DNA of 64,000 bases, taken from NCBI GenBank assembly GCA_001643675.2, contig LSRY02000031.1, forward strand, positions 124,001-188,000, read 5' to 3'. This DNA is from Monocercomonoides exilis PA203. Lineage: Eukaryota > Protista > Preaxostyla. Position numbers and translations under genes: made by a program. The notes under the pieces are model-generated. The model was not told the origin of the DNA. It did no database searches and was given only the letters and a program-made list of their open reading frames with translations. This document shows, one piece after another, positions 48,078 through 60,278 of the stretch (position 1 is the stretch's first letter; each line of letters begins with the position of its first letter).

Positions 48078-48559
48078 AAAAAAAGATGAAAAATCGAAAA
48101 AATAAAATCTATAGTGGTATTTATTGATCATAAAAAATAAATGTATTTTTTCAAGTCTTTAGCTTTTATTTCTGTTATATATATTTGTTTTATTTATTAA
48201 TGTTAAAAAATACATACCTCTTTAATGTTTTTGATTAAAAAGGATTTTTACGATCAGGTTTCAAAAAAAAAAATTGAAAAATCAATCTTTAAAAGGAAAA
48301 TAGATATTTCTAAACTGGAAAAACAAAACATTGAAAAGAAAAAATTGAAAAGAAAAAATTGAAAAGAAGAACAGAAAAGAAGAACAGAAAAGAAGAAAAG
48401 AAAACAAAATTATTTAGACAAATTTGACATTAATTATTATTTTTCTTTTTTTTCCCTCACCTTTGTATAGCCAACAAATCTCCGTTCATTTTATTCGATT
48501 CATCAGATTTATCAAACATAAACAGATAAAGTGGAATATTGGATTAAGCCAAATTCAAA

Positions 48560-48778
48560 AGCTTGTTCCCTCACATTTCTCTGATTAAAATTGTTGCAAA
48601 CAATGGAATTGATGCTGATGCATGTGGCAGACACCAACAGATCCCATGTGCCACAGTGGAGTGTGCTCTCAACGGATTCATTTCCCTCCTCCAAGACGCC
48701 TCCCTCACCCTCCTCACCTCAACATTTGTTCCAACTCAAATACTCACTTTCGAAGCGGTTAACACTAAATCACTTTGA
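48560..48778 (+). pseudogene. Short surface-protein gene fragment
   Basis: KIVANNGIDADACGRHQQIPCATVECALNGFISLLQDA is close to the translation of 58357-58470. Confidence 0.8.
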
Positions 48779-49454
48779 CAATGAACTTTTTCTAATTTCT
48801 ATATTATTTCTTTCATTTTCTTATTTTCACCATTATCCATATCATAGAAAAATTCATAATCTTTCAAAGCATTTCATTTGAGGAATATATCATCATTTAT
48901 TTTTCAAGGAGCATGATATCAGCACAGATTATATTATTTCTTTGTCATTTTTTCATCCAATTTCGCTTCTTCATCCAATGAAAATTACGTTCGTTGAAAA
49001 ACAGTAATTATCGTTCTCATTTCTTCGGTCATATCAGAAAGTTCTTCAAAAACATTTATTTCCTCAGCATACATATTTCAACATGCTTGTATCCGATTCA
49101 CTTAACCGCCTTTTATAAATTCTCTTTAAATAAGCCTTTTCTTCAAAATTGATTTTCTTCCTCATTTCATTTTCAATAATTTGTTGTGATTTTGTAGTTG
49201 TGAAATCTGCCGAAGATCATTTTGGAACCCATCCATTTCATAAAAGAATTGTTTCAAAGCTCTTTCTGTTTTCACTGCAAATGCTTCAGCTTCCAAATGA
49301 AAAAGTCAGATTCGTTCTCCTTCCTTTGATGAATGTCTTCTGATCTGATATTCCAGATCAAAATTATTCATTTCATTGACGTGTTAGGTTGGTTGAAATT
49401 CTATTTCAGAATAAATAATTATCTGTGCTTCTGAATAGGAATGAAAGACGAGGC

Positions 49455-52223
49455 CTAATGATGAATTTGACGTGTGCTGAATGAAAGAGAAGGAGATGAA
49501 GATAGAGCAGGAAGTGAGAGAAGAGAAAGAGAGCCAGGAGAAGCAGAATTAGCAGAAGATGGATGTACAGCTTGAGAAAAGAGGGAAGGAGATTGAGATA
49601 TTCTGAGAGAAGGAAAAGATTGCTGTTGGATGTTCATAAACAAGGACGAATTGACAAGTGATGAAGTACAATGAGAAAGAGGATGAAGAGCAATATTTGT
49701 ATTTGCTGCAAAATCAGCAGCTGAATCAAAAGGAGCAACAAAATTGAGTGTAGGGTATTTCTGCATCAGATCCATCTCCATTGAATTCTGCGACATGAAG
49801 AAAGACACCAACTTTGAGAACGACAGAGCATCTCTTCGTTCAGGAACACTGCTCTGATTGAATGTTCTAATCCCTTTCTCCTTCTGAAACAGCAGAGGTG
49901 ATCCTTTCCCTGCTCCTTTCCTTCCCTTTCTGTGTGTTTCTTCTGCTTCCTCTTTGTCTGGCCACCAGCCTTTCTTCTTCATCCCCCTTCCTCTTCGCAG
50001 ATCCGCCCTGCTCTGCCTCAGCCCACTCTTCAGCGCACTCATCTGATCCAGCTGCGTTCTTGTCTGCCTCGAGTCGACTGCTGCATACACAGGCACTTTC
50101 ATCATCTTCCACACAAATTGCCCAGTTTCCTCGCTTTTAATGCGAACATAGCGGCAAGACACATCCAGTTCATCGCTCAAAGCTTCAAAGTCAGAATTAA
50201 CAAGGTTATTCAATATGCAGTCCAATTTCCGCTCTCTTGTTAAAAATGGCGTTTGGCTTTCTTTCACCTCTTGCTGCGCCTCACTTGCCATTTAATTCTC
50301 CTTCTGGTTGGTCGGCGTGCCTGTCTCAAGGTGTGGTTGTAGTATTCATTGGATGCTGCAAAACAGATTCTTGTCTTTTTCTTCTTTCTCCATTTTTCTG
50401 CTCTCCCGCTTTTCTTTCTCATTCATCTTCTTCTGTATCTCCTGCTTTTTCATCAGCGGAAGCAGTTTATCTCTCTGATAATCAGATTCCAATGAACTGA
50501 ACATGATCTTTGCTTCTTCATCGTCCACTTTCCCTTTCTCGTTCTGAAGCTCATCTTGCATCGCCCTTGTCACTTCTCTGTTGAAATTCTTCATCCCCAT
50601 CACGCCCAATATCACCACTCCTCCTCCTCCTCCCGCTCCACCTCCTCCAACAGCAGGTGATAGCTGTATTGTTGATGCACCAACAGCTCCTCTTCCCATC
50701 TCCATCTCTTGACTGTCCACAATCAATGCTCTCCCTCCGACTCCTCTCCATCCTCCGTCAATTCGCTTCCCTCGTGTAAAGTGTATCGTTCCAAAGTTTC
50801 CTCTTCCTGAAATTTATTGTTTAGGCTGTGAAGAAGGAAATGGTGAAGGAGAGGAATTTGTTGCTGCTTTTGATGTTGTTTTTGCTGTGCTCGTGATGAA
50901 AGTGGATCTGTTTTGGCTCATTGGAATGTATTTCGTCTTTTCGGCCGTTTCTTATTGATTCTTTGGTGTTTGTATTCTTTTCTGCTTTTTTTTTGTCTTT
51001 GCTTTTGAAGCAACTTCTTTGGGGTTGTTCATTAAATCCTCCAATATCACTTCTTTGTCCTCATCTTTCGCGTTATCTTCATCGCCTTCAACTTCTTCCT
51101 TTTCTCCAGATTCTTCGCACAACGCTCCACCATCCGAAATTATGCAAACAGTGTAAGCACATCAAATATATCCGGCTATGGAACAAAATATTGCATTTTC
51201 CTTCTTTTTCTGCTGTTGCATCATCCTCTTCATCTGCTGCTCTTCTTATGTCAGGAATAAGTTGCGAAAAAATCAACGCAACGAGGAAGAAGAAAATAGT
51301 GAAGAGGGCAATGACTTTGGGGCTGCTTCAACTTGTGCACAACGGTTGATATAGCATCGGATGAGGAGAGTGTGTATTGCTCTTATGCGGAGAGCCATTG
51401 CAAACTCAGAGCGATGGGGTGGTTTTGGATGGAGAGAGAGGTCAGTTTCTGCTGGAGAAGATGAGGAAGATAAAGATGAAGGAGAGGGTGAAGGAGATGA
51501 TTGAGGAAGAGAAAGAAAAGATTCGTTTTGCATTGAAGAAGGAGATGTGCCTGTTCCTGTGCCAATGCCAGCAATTGAACGAGTCAAAAAGGTTTATATT
51601 GAATTTTGATTGCTTTTTCTCAGTCTTTGTCTTTGAGGCACATAAGACGAATTCTGAAGAGTTGCTTCTTATGGGGGAAGGATCACAGGAAATGGCAGAC
51701 GCGGTGCATGTTTTCTTTTGAAGTCTACTATGATTTCTTCGATTTCTGCTTTTTCGGCTCTTTCTTGTGAAGAATTCACTTCTGACTGTTCGGATGAAGA
51801 AAAAGATGAAGATGACAAGTTTTTTATTTTTTCTTTCTCGAAGAATTTAACTGTTGCTGCTTTTGATGACAATGTTGAAGAAGAAGAAGAAGAAGAAGAA
51901 GAAGCAATATTTGACTAAAGTAGATTTTGTGTATTTTTGGCTATGCGATTCATAACAGGCGTGCTTGTAGCTGAATAAGCAAGTGAATTGTGAGAAGGCG
52001 AATTTTGTGTTTGCAAACCGAGAAATGAGGAAGATGGTTGATTGAATGAAGGAGGATTATAAAAAGAAGAGAAAGAAGTAGAAGAGGAAAAAGAAAAAAG
52101 GGTTGAGAATTGTGAAATCAGTCGAACGATATTTACGATGTTGAGAATAATTTGCGTGATGTTGTTGATTGGCCAAAATGTCTCATTTGATGTATAAACT
52201 TCAGATTGGTTTGAAAAACTCAA
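49455..52223 (-). pseudogene. Fragmented large low-complexity hypothetical gene
   Basis: A chain of minus-strand Ser/Pro/Glu-rich ORFs with coding-like GC content, broken by stops and frameshifts; no domain recognised. Confidence 0.45.
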
Positions 52224-53964
52224 TCACAATATTTGTGACAAACAGATTTTTGAAAATCAATCTTGCTGTATTTCTTCAAAGTCAATTCCCTTTCTTTTTG
52301 CGATTTCCTCTCCATTCCTCTCAAAAATAGAAAACATTAATATTTCTTAATTTCCTTCCTCTTCCATTCCCCTCTTCCATTCAGCTCACAAACTTCTCAG
52401 AAAATATCAATCCCCTCCTTTTCTTCTCTTTCCCTGTCTCTTCCATATAACATTCTTCTCCTCTCAAAAATTACCCCTCTTCCGATCTAACATTTCGCAA
52501 TTGTCCTCTTCTTTCAAGCTTTTGCCCCCCTTTCCTTCTTTTCAAAATCCATATCTCCCATCAACAATAATCACCTTCTTTATCGTCCCCAACTTTTTCT
52601 CTATATATTTACTATATATTTTCCTCCGAATCTCCACCCACTCTTTCCCACCCCTTTGCCTCAGAATTTCTTTCATTCAAAAACCCCTCTTGAAATATAA
52701 ACATTCCGTAAAACTCTCAACCCCCACCCCCTGCCACAAAAAATATTCTTCCATCTCTTCTCTGCCCCATATTCCACCTGTGCAAGGTGTTGATGAGATA
52801 GACATCAAATACTTCTTTTGGTGGTTGAGAATATTATTAAAGGAGATGATCATGACAAAAATAGAAAAAACACATCCTGACAGGCAACACAATGTGTACT
52901 GGCTGAAAAGACCCTCCAGTGAGATATATGAAATGTTATGTGGAGAAGGATGAAACGTTGCATTCAACCATTCTGAGACTGAAATGAAGAGATTGATTTA
53001 TTTTTGGAATGATGATGGCTGTAGAAATGAGTGTGCTTGGCAAAAAGCAGTCGAAGAGCGGTTTGGTCTTTATTTATTTTTCTTTATATGAACATTTATC
53101 TGTTGATGTTTTTGTGTTTCTTTCAGGGCAGGAGGTGGAAATGAATGAAAATGAGAAAAAGCTGGATATCGTGTTATGCAGAATTGACATCGAATTGGGA
53201 GAGAGAATTCATAGAAAGTCCACAGGACAGAGGGATTGAGAAGGAAATTAGAGATGTTAATTTCTTTTGAAGCAGTTGGATTTATAAAACAAACAAAAAC
53301 CTCTTCTTTTCGAGAAAAGAAGAAACATTTAAAGGAGAAAAGGATATTAGAAAGGACGATATGTTAGTCAGCGCAAGATCTGTGTAAATTTATTGATTCA
53401 ATTCACAATTTTCAATATCAACGAATCAATTTTTTTTCTTTTTCAATAACAATATGAAACACATTTTTTAATTTGCAATTGTTATATTCCATTCTCGTAA
53501 TTATAGTTATCATGTTTTTGAAATCAGTTAACTAAAGTTTTATAATGTATTTCGAATTATCGATATTTTTGAATAAATTTCTTATATTTTTTTCAAAATT
53601 TGTTAGAAAAACGATTGGAAACAAATTTATTTCAACAAACAATAAATAACAACAATATATTTAACTATAATTTTATGTATTTTCATATAAAGAGTATCTC
53701 ATCAATCCCACCCTTAATGAAAATTTTTTATGATCAAACGTCGGAATTTTTTATGATATCAAAAAAAATCACCCAAATTAGAAAATTGAAGATCACATAC
53801 CATTAATTGTATAATTTAATGTATTGATCTAAAACTTTGTGATTTTTTATTTCCACTCAGAACAAACTTCGATCAATATCTTTTGCTATTATTTCCTTAT
53901 TATTTGTTTAACATTTGTTTTAACCTTGTTTTTTTCAATTATTCACATTCCCGTATAATAAGTA

Positions 53965-54814
53965 CACCAAAAATTATTCAACATCGAAAAAGTTTAATTC
54001 AAAATCGAAAAACTTTAATTCAAAATCGAAAAAGTTTAAAACAACATCGAAAAAGTTTAATTCAACATCGAAAATTATTATTCGAAATCGAAAAAGTTTA
54101 ATTCGAAATCGAAAATATTTAATTCAACATCGAAAATCCTTAATTAGCAAAAATTTTGAAAAAAATTTGAAAATTCAAACTCATGTCAGTTTCTTTTCTT
54201 TCAGTTATTGATCTGAGAAATTTGTCAATTTCAATTAGAAAAACATTTTCTCATGCTTTTTTCGTGTTTAATTGTGTGAAATTGAGTATATAGGATAAAA
54301 CTGAGTTATAATAAAACTCTTTACATATGTTCAGGAGATTATAAGGAATTTTCGAAAAAAATAAAAGTGATGGGATAGTTCATGATCTTGTTTTGTGCAC
54401 AAAAAGGCAGAAATTTATCTCATTTATAGAAAACGAAATGATTTGAATTTTATTCATTGCATTGGAAACTGATAAAATAAAACATTTTCAATCTTCACAA
54501 CGAGAAAAGAATCGATTGATATCAGTCTATATCGTAGAAAAAAGTCGTTCAAAACGAAAGAAAAACATTTCCAATAAATAAACAAAAGTTATTATCAACA
54601 TTTATGTTAAAGAAAATATTTTGGTAATGACTTGAATTGAAATTCTGAACAAATTATCTTCTTTTTCGATTTTGAATTAAACATTTTCGATGTTGAATTA
54701 AATATTTTCGATTTCGAATTAAACTTTTTCGATGTTGTTTTAAACTTTTTCGATGTTGAATTAAAGTTTTTCGATCTTGAATTAAACTTTTTCGATGTTG
54801 AATGATTTTTGGTG
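53965..54814. mobile_element. Foldback-like element (850 bp) with TIRs built of 21-bp tandem repeats, TA-flanked
   Basis: CACCAAAAAT...ATTTTTGGTG termini with TA at 53963-64 and 54815-16. There are 8 left and 7 right units of TTCAACATCGAAAAAGTTTAA. Confidence 0.85.
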
Positions 54815-57360
54815 TATATGCCGAAATAATTTCAAAATATTAACTTTTTTTTTATTTAATAACCAATTTTGAAAAAAAAGATAAATATTTTGAATGAAAT
54901 TTTTCCATTACTCATTATTTGGTGTCGTGATCAGTAATATCGGAATTTTGATACGTCACTGACGTCACATGAAGTCAGTTAAGAGATATTTTCAAAAAAA
55001 AAAAAAGAAGGAAAGATAAACAGTTTTATAACGAAACTAAACTATTGCGGCAATATGCCTTTAACTTTTTTGAAAAGCCAATGTGACTTACGGAGAAAAG
55101 TTTTTTTTCAGGAAAAAAACTTTTTTTGAAGTATCACCACAGATCAAAAAAATAAAACCATAATAGTTGGTGAAGTTCATTGAAAATTATAAAAATCAAC
55201 AGTTAACTTCGTTTTTCATCAAAAATATATTTTTTTACCCCTGGAAAAGAAATTTCATAAAATTAAAAAAAATGCAAACGATCAAAATAAATCTGTTTTT
55301 TCTCAACTTGCATTTATTTGCTTTGAAAAAAGAGCACTTTTCAAATCAAGATATTTTGAGTTTCATTTGAACATGAGATTTCATATCGAACAATATGCAG
55401 GTTTGCACAAATTTTGCATTTATTCAATTCTAAAATTTTTCCAAGTTAGAATTGCGCAGAAAATATATGCTATCCAACAATCGTTTCTAATAAAAACTTA
55501 TTCATTCAAAGATATTTAACATTAATTAAATGTTTCAGCCAGAAATGTATTCTGCAAAAAATTCTTTCATTTCAATTATTCCTATTCACCTTTTTTTGAA
55601 AAGAATGGCAATTGCATTTTCTTCTGCACAATTTGTGTGGGTAACAAAAGATTTAAAGGTTATCCTGGATACTTACTAATTATTTTATTAACTTCAGTTT
55701 CCTTTTTTGTTACCAAAGCATGTCACTAAACTTCGCTGTGTTGAATTTGACTCTTCTGCAAACAGTACGACAACAATCTCGTCTCTTCTTTTTCTTCTAA
55801 AGCTTCATTTCATTCATCCTGGTCACCACCTTCATCGTGTTCTGCAACTTTCACTTCTTCCACCAATTCGACAACTTTCACTTCCTCCTCTTCTTCTTCC
55901 TCGTTAGTTTTTTTTGAATGGAGTCTGAGAAGTTTCTAAATTGCAGGCAGAACTGCGTACAAGGTTTTGGTTTTTTTTTCCTGAAGCGAAAAGGAAGCGA
56001 AGACGGGATAGATGGGATTTGTATTTCGAAAAAAACTATATTTGGGAAAGAAAAAAAGAAGAAAGTCATAAAGAACAATCGTTGCAAAAAGGCATGGACA
56101 TATTTTTGAATACGCAACTTTTCATTCATTGCTTTTTTAATGTTATTAAGATTTTGCAAGGATGTTTAATGACAATGGTTGAACAAGGAATATGGAAAGA
56201 GTGCGTATTGGATTTACTAAAGAAGTCAGGATATAATAATTGGAAAGGCGTATAGAGGAAAGAACAGGTGAAAATATAAAAGAAAGGAAAGAAAAATGTT
56301 TTTCTAAAGGTATTGGAAGGCATTTACGATGAATCTTGTAAAAAGCTAAAAAAGAGGGAAACAAAAATTGATGATGTGGCAGAAGAAGAAATTTAACAAA
56401 AAGCTGAGAGGAAAAAGATATTTGACGGGAAGAAGAAGATATTTATTATCATTTGACTGTATGAGACGATTTGAGTGAAATGGAAGAAAAAGTGAAAAGT
56501 GAAAACACAATTTTGAGGGATATTTGAAGATGAGTCAAAAGAAAGGAATAAATGAAAGAAAAGGAAGAAAAAGAGAAAGAGGAAGAAAAAGAAGATGAAG
56601 AGGAGGAGTATGACAACGCCAATGACGATGTTTGTGGAGAAATCGAAGGATCGATCACATCCAATGCATTCTTAAAGGATAGCAGCATGTTGTTGATTGC
56701 CATCTCCATTGAACTCAGAACTTATAAGTGTTGAGCTAAAGAAGCAAATAATTGTGGCACATAGAAAGATGTAGCTTCTCTTCCCTCTTCAATGCTATTG
56801 TATCGTGAAACTGCATCACTTACAGCACGTATTCAAGCAGCACCCGAAAGTAGATCGCCACTTCCACCTCGTTCTTCCCCGGCTGCAGCCTCACATTCAC
56901 CGCCAGCAGCTGTTCCGTCTGGAATAGCGTACGCCACCCTTCTTTCCTCCCCACTTCCGTCTGCACCGCATCCATCAGCCGCTTCAGCCCTGCCCCTGCA
57001 CCTGCACCTGCCCCTGCAGATACCCATGCCGATACCCACGCAGACACCCCCACTGACACCACCAAAAGCACCTGCACCTGATCATCCAGCTCCTGTTAAC
57101 CATCTTTTCATCTGAGCTGTTCCATGATAGGAATGGAGGAGATCTGCACATGGAAGCATCGCACACATCTGCATGTATTACGCACAACATGAAGAAATCG
57201 TTGTTCTGGAACATCTCAAGCACCGATTCAAACGATGGCAGACCGAACCGCCGCAGCTGGCTCTCATCACTGAAGATTCGAAGCGAAAGCACCATCGGCA
57301 TCTTCATTTCCTTCTCCATCTTGTTCATCTTCTGCCTCACAATTACATCCACTCCTCCTA

Positions 57361-60278
57361 GGCATAAGTGTAAAAAAACACCTCCTCCAATTTCACGATT
57401 TCATTCATGATAATAAGTGGTAATAAATAACATAAAAAAACAACACTTTTGGGTGGAGCAGTTTTTTTCGATTTCAACACAAAAGATCAAAAATAAATAT
57501 TTGTGATCTGTCCCATTATTAAATTTTTATTTCAATATTTTTTGCATAAAATTTTAATGCTCGTGAATTGAATGTTGATCTTTGGATTTGATAATGCAGT
57601 ACTTAAAAACTTAACAAATGAGGTTTGAAATTTACACTTTATTTCTGTATTTAAACGCTATTTTATTAGTTTTATAAAATGTGATTTTGGAAGAGACTTC
57701 TTGTTTGCTCAAAAATTGTTCAATCAATGATCATGGTGGAGCAATATGTTGCGATTTCCTTCTTAACATAGACATTATAAAATGCAATTTCACAAGTTGT
57801 TCTGCTTTCCATGGAGAAGCAGCTGCTATATAGTGTACTCAAACAAATTCTGTTTGGATGTTCTCAGAAAACAAAGTGGAAAGTTGTTCAATCACAAACT
57901 GGTGTGGAACTGGTTGGTATTTTGCGATTGGCGGTTTTCCGTCAAATGGTCAATTCTATTTTCCAAATGTTGGTGTATCGCAAATTCTGGTGGTGATTCA
58001 ACTGGTTCTCTCACATTTCATTGGCCTCCACAAAATAAACCAAGTCAATTTTTGGTTAATGATTGCCAGTTCATAAAGAACGAATTGACAAGTTCATCAA
58101 CTTCCTATGGTGGCGCTGCTCTATGTTGCACAAACACCTTCACTTGGATGAGTGGAGTTAAATTCATCACATTCTGCTTCTTCGACTGTAACTTCGCTTC
58201 TGGTGGTAAAGGGAATGATGTGTTCTTTAACGGCAGCAACATAACTCAATCCCCATTCGAGAACTGTGGCTCAACAACCCCAACAAAAAGAGTTTGGAAT
58301 AGCAGCACAGCTGACAATGCTGTGTGTAACAGCTGGCTCCCTCTCATAAGCCAGAACAAAATTGTTGCAAATTACGGAGAAGATGTCGATGCATGTGGCA
58401 GAACCCAACAGACCCCATGTGCCACCATCGAGTATGCCCTCAACGGCTTTATTTCCCTCCTCCAAGACGCCTTCCTCGCTCTCCCCACCTCAATATTTGC
58501 TCCCACTCTAACGCTCTCTTTCGTTGCAACCGATGCAGAAATTTCTTAAAATGGAACAATTGCTCTTTCATTTGAATCTTCATGTAATGCCCATTGACAT
58601 TACTCATGTTCATCGTCATATTTTCTTCTTATCTTTTGCCTCTTTCTCTTCTTCTTCTTCTTCTTCCTCTTCCTCTTCCTCATCATCGATCTCTTCTCCA
58701 CCTTGTTATCTCCTCTACTCTCATTCAGATCTTCAATACTCCTTCTTCGACTTTTTCGTGATCTTCTGTTTTCTCCTGTAATCTCTCTCTTCTCATTTAA
58801 TACCCACTTTCATGAGTATTGGCTCTGTCCTCTCCATCGAAAACCCTTTTTTCAGAGCAAAATTCGTAATTCGCACAGGTTCCACCTGGCTAAAAGAAGC
58901 CATATGCCTGTGAGTCATTGAATTCAACATCAGAAAGAAGTCCCTCCCACCCTTCAAACTCTTCAAGCACATCCTCAGAAGCTCCTTAAGAAGAACCAAC
59001 TTCGCAAAGAAAGTCAACTATGGTGGACTCCTTAACTGAATCTTAAACATTCACGATTCTACAAGACTTATCCACACTTGCCTCGTCACTGCCGAACTAC
59101 CTCGCAACAATGAAATCGTCAGAGCATTCGTAATACCTCGTTAACGACTTGAACCTCCTTCCTTATTCGCACTTTAACAACTTTCTCTTCTGAACAGCTG
59201 TTTTTTACAAACAAACATATACAAGTTCGCTTCATGTTTTTATTCTCCACATTTCATAAAACAAAAATAGTCTATTTTTATAATATCATCTATTTGATCA
59301 GAAAAAGAAATTGATAAAGAGACAAAAAAGTTGAAGCAAAAGAAAGGAAATCAAAAGAATGCTATCAGAAAAGATGAAAATATGAAAAAGATAGACAAAA
59401 TGATATTGTTTATGTTATGGTTTGTTTTTCTGTTTTGATATATAAAAATGTGTCAATAGGTGTTTCAAATAGCTCATTTTTGTTGTTTTCTTGAGGTTTA
59501 AAAAAGAAAACATTCTTGCATTACATCAAAAAAACAAAAAATGCATCATTATTTTCTGTTTGTGAACATGAAATATTTTCGTATTTTTAAAAGTTTTACT
59601 TTTTTAACATTTGAACTTTATGCCACATTAAAAAAATATCTTGACTTTTCTTTCTTATGAAAATTCTGAAATGATTATCACTTAATAAGATGAACACACA
59701 CGACTGAGATGTGCAAATAATCATATAACATAAACGTTCATTTTCCCTTATTCAAACACAACAATTATAATTGTCTTTATTTCAAAGTTATTGCTCACCA
59801 GTTTTAAGATTGCAAAACAAATAAACAACGATTTTAATAGTTTAAAAAAGACCAAGAAAAAATCAAATACTTAATTTGACATTATACAAAATAAAAAAAT
59901 GGAAATATTAATTCAACAAAATTAAATGAAATTATTATTTTACAACTGTCATATAGGTGTAAGTTAGTAATCAATAGAACAGCATTGAAAAGGGAATAAA
60001 AACTGTGTGTAATCGTTATAATTTATGATTTAAAAATTGTTGCGTAATTTATTCCTAAGATCAACATTCAATTCACGAGCATTAAAATTTTATGCAAAAA
60101 ATATTGAAATAAAAATTTAATAATGGGACAGATCACAAATATTTATTTTTGATCTTTTGTGTTGAAATCGAAAAAAACTGCTCCACCCAAAAGTGTTGTT
60201 TTTTTATGTTATTTATTACCACTTATTATCATGAATGAAATCGTGAAATTGGAGGAGGTGTTTTTTTACACTTATGCC
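57361..60278. mobile_element. Pack-MULE-like non-autonomous element (2918 bp)
   Basis: Perfect 222-bp TIRs at 57361-57582 and 60057-60278 starting GGCATAAG. The 9-bp TSD is CTCCTCCTA (57352-60) / CTTCTCCTA (60279-87). The interior holds host gene fragments and no transposase. Confidence 0.9.
57710..58549 (+). pseudogene. Captured surface-protein gene fragment inside the Pack element
   Basis: Collinear with ~44310-45140 (DHGGAI...ANSGGDS...YGGAAL...FCFFD...CG.T..PCATIEYAL) and truncated at both ends. Confidence 0.85.

Noticed and set aside
46500-48560. TIRs for the Merlin element
   Set aside because: Only weak AT-rich similarities were found, with no convincing inverted pair or TSD.
48054-53776. 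Inverted ~30-bp match as the ends of a 5.7-kb element
   Set aside because: No TSD was found and the left copy overlaps the Merlin start codon, so it is better explained as a second remnant.
53977-54145. 21-bp repeats as a CRISPR array
   Set aside because: The units are directly adjacent with no unique spacers, there are no cas genes, the context is eukaryotic, and the array is mirrored as TIR arms.
56146-56364. Possible hAT dimerisation-domain remnant (PSNT/LEKHFSFL)
   Set aside because: The similarity is too short and depends on a frameshift, so it cannot be supported without a search.
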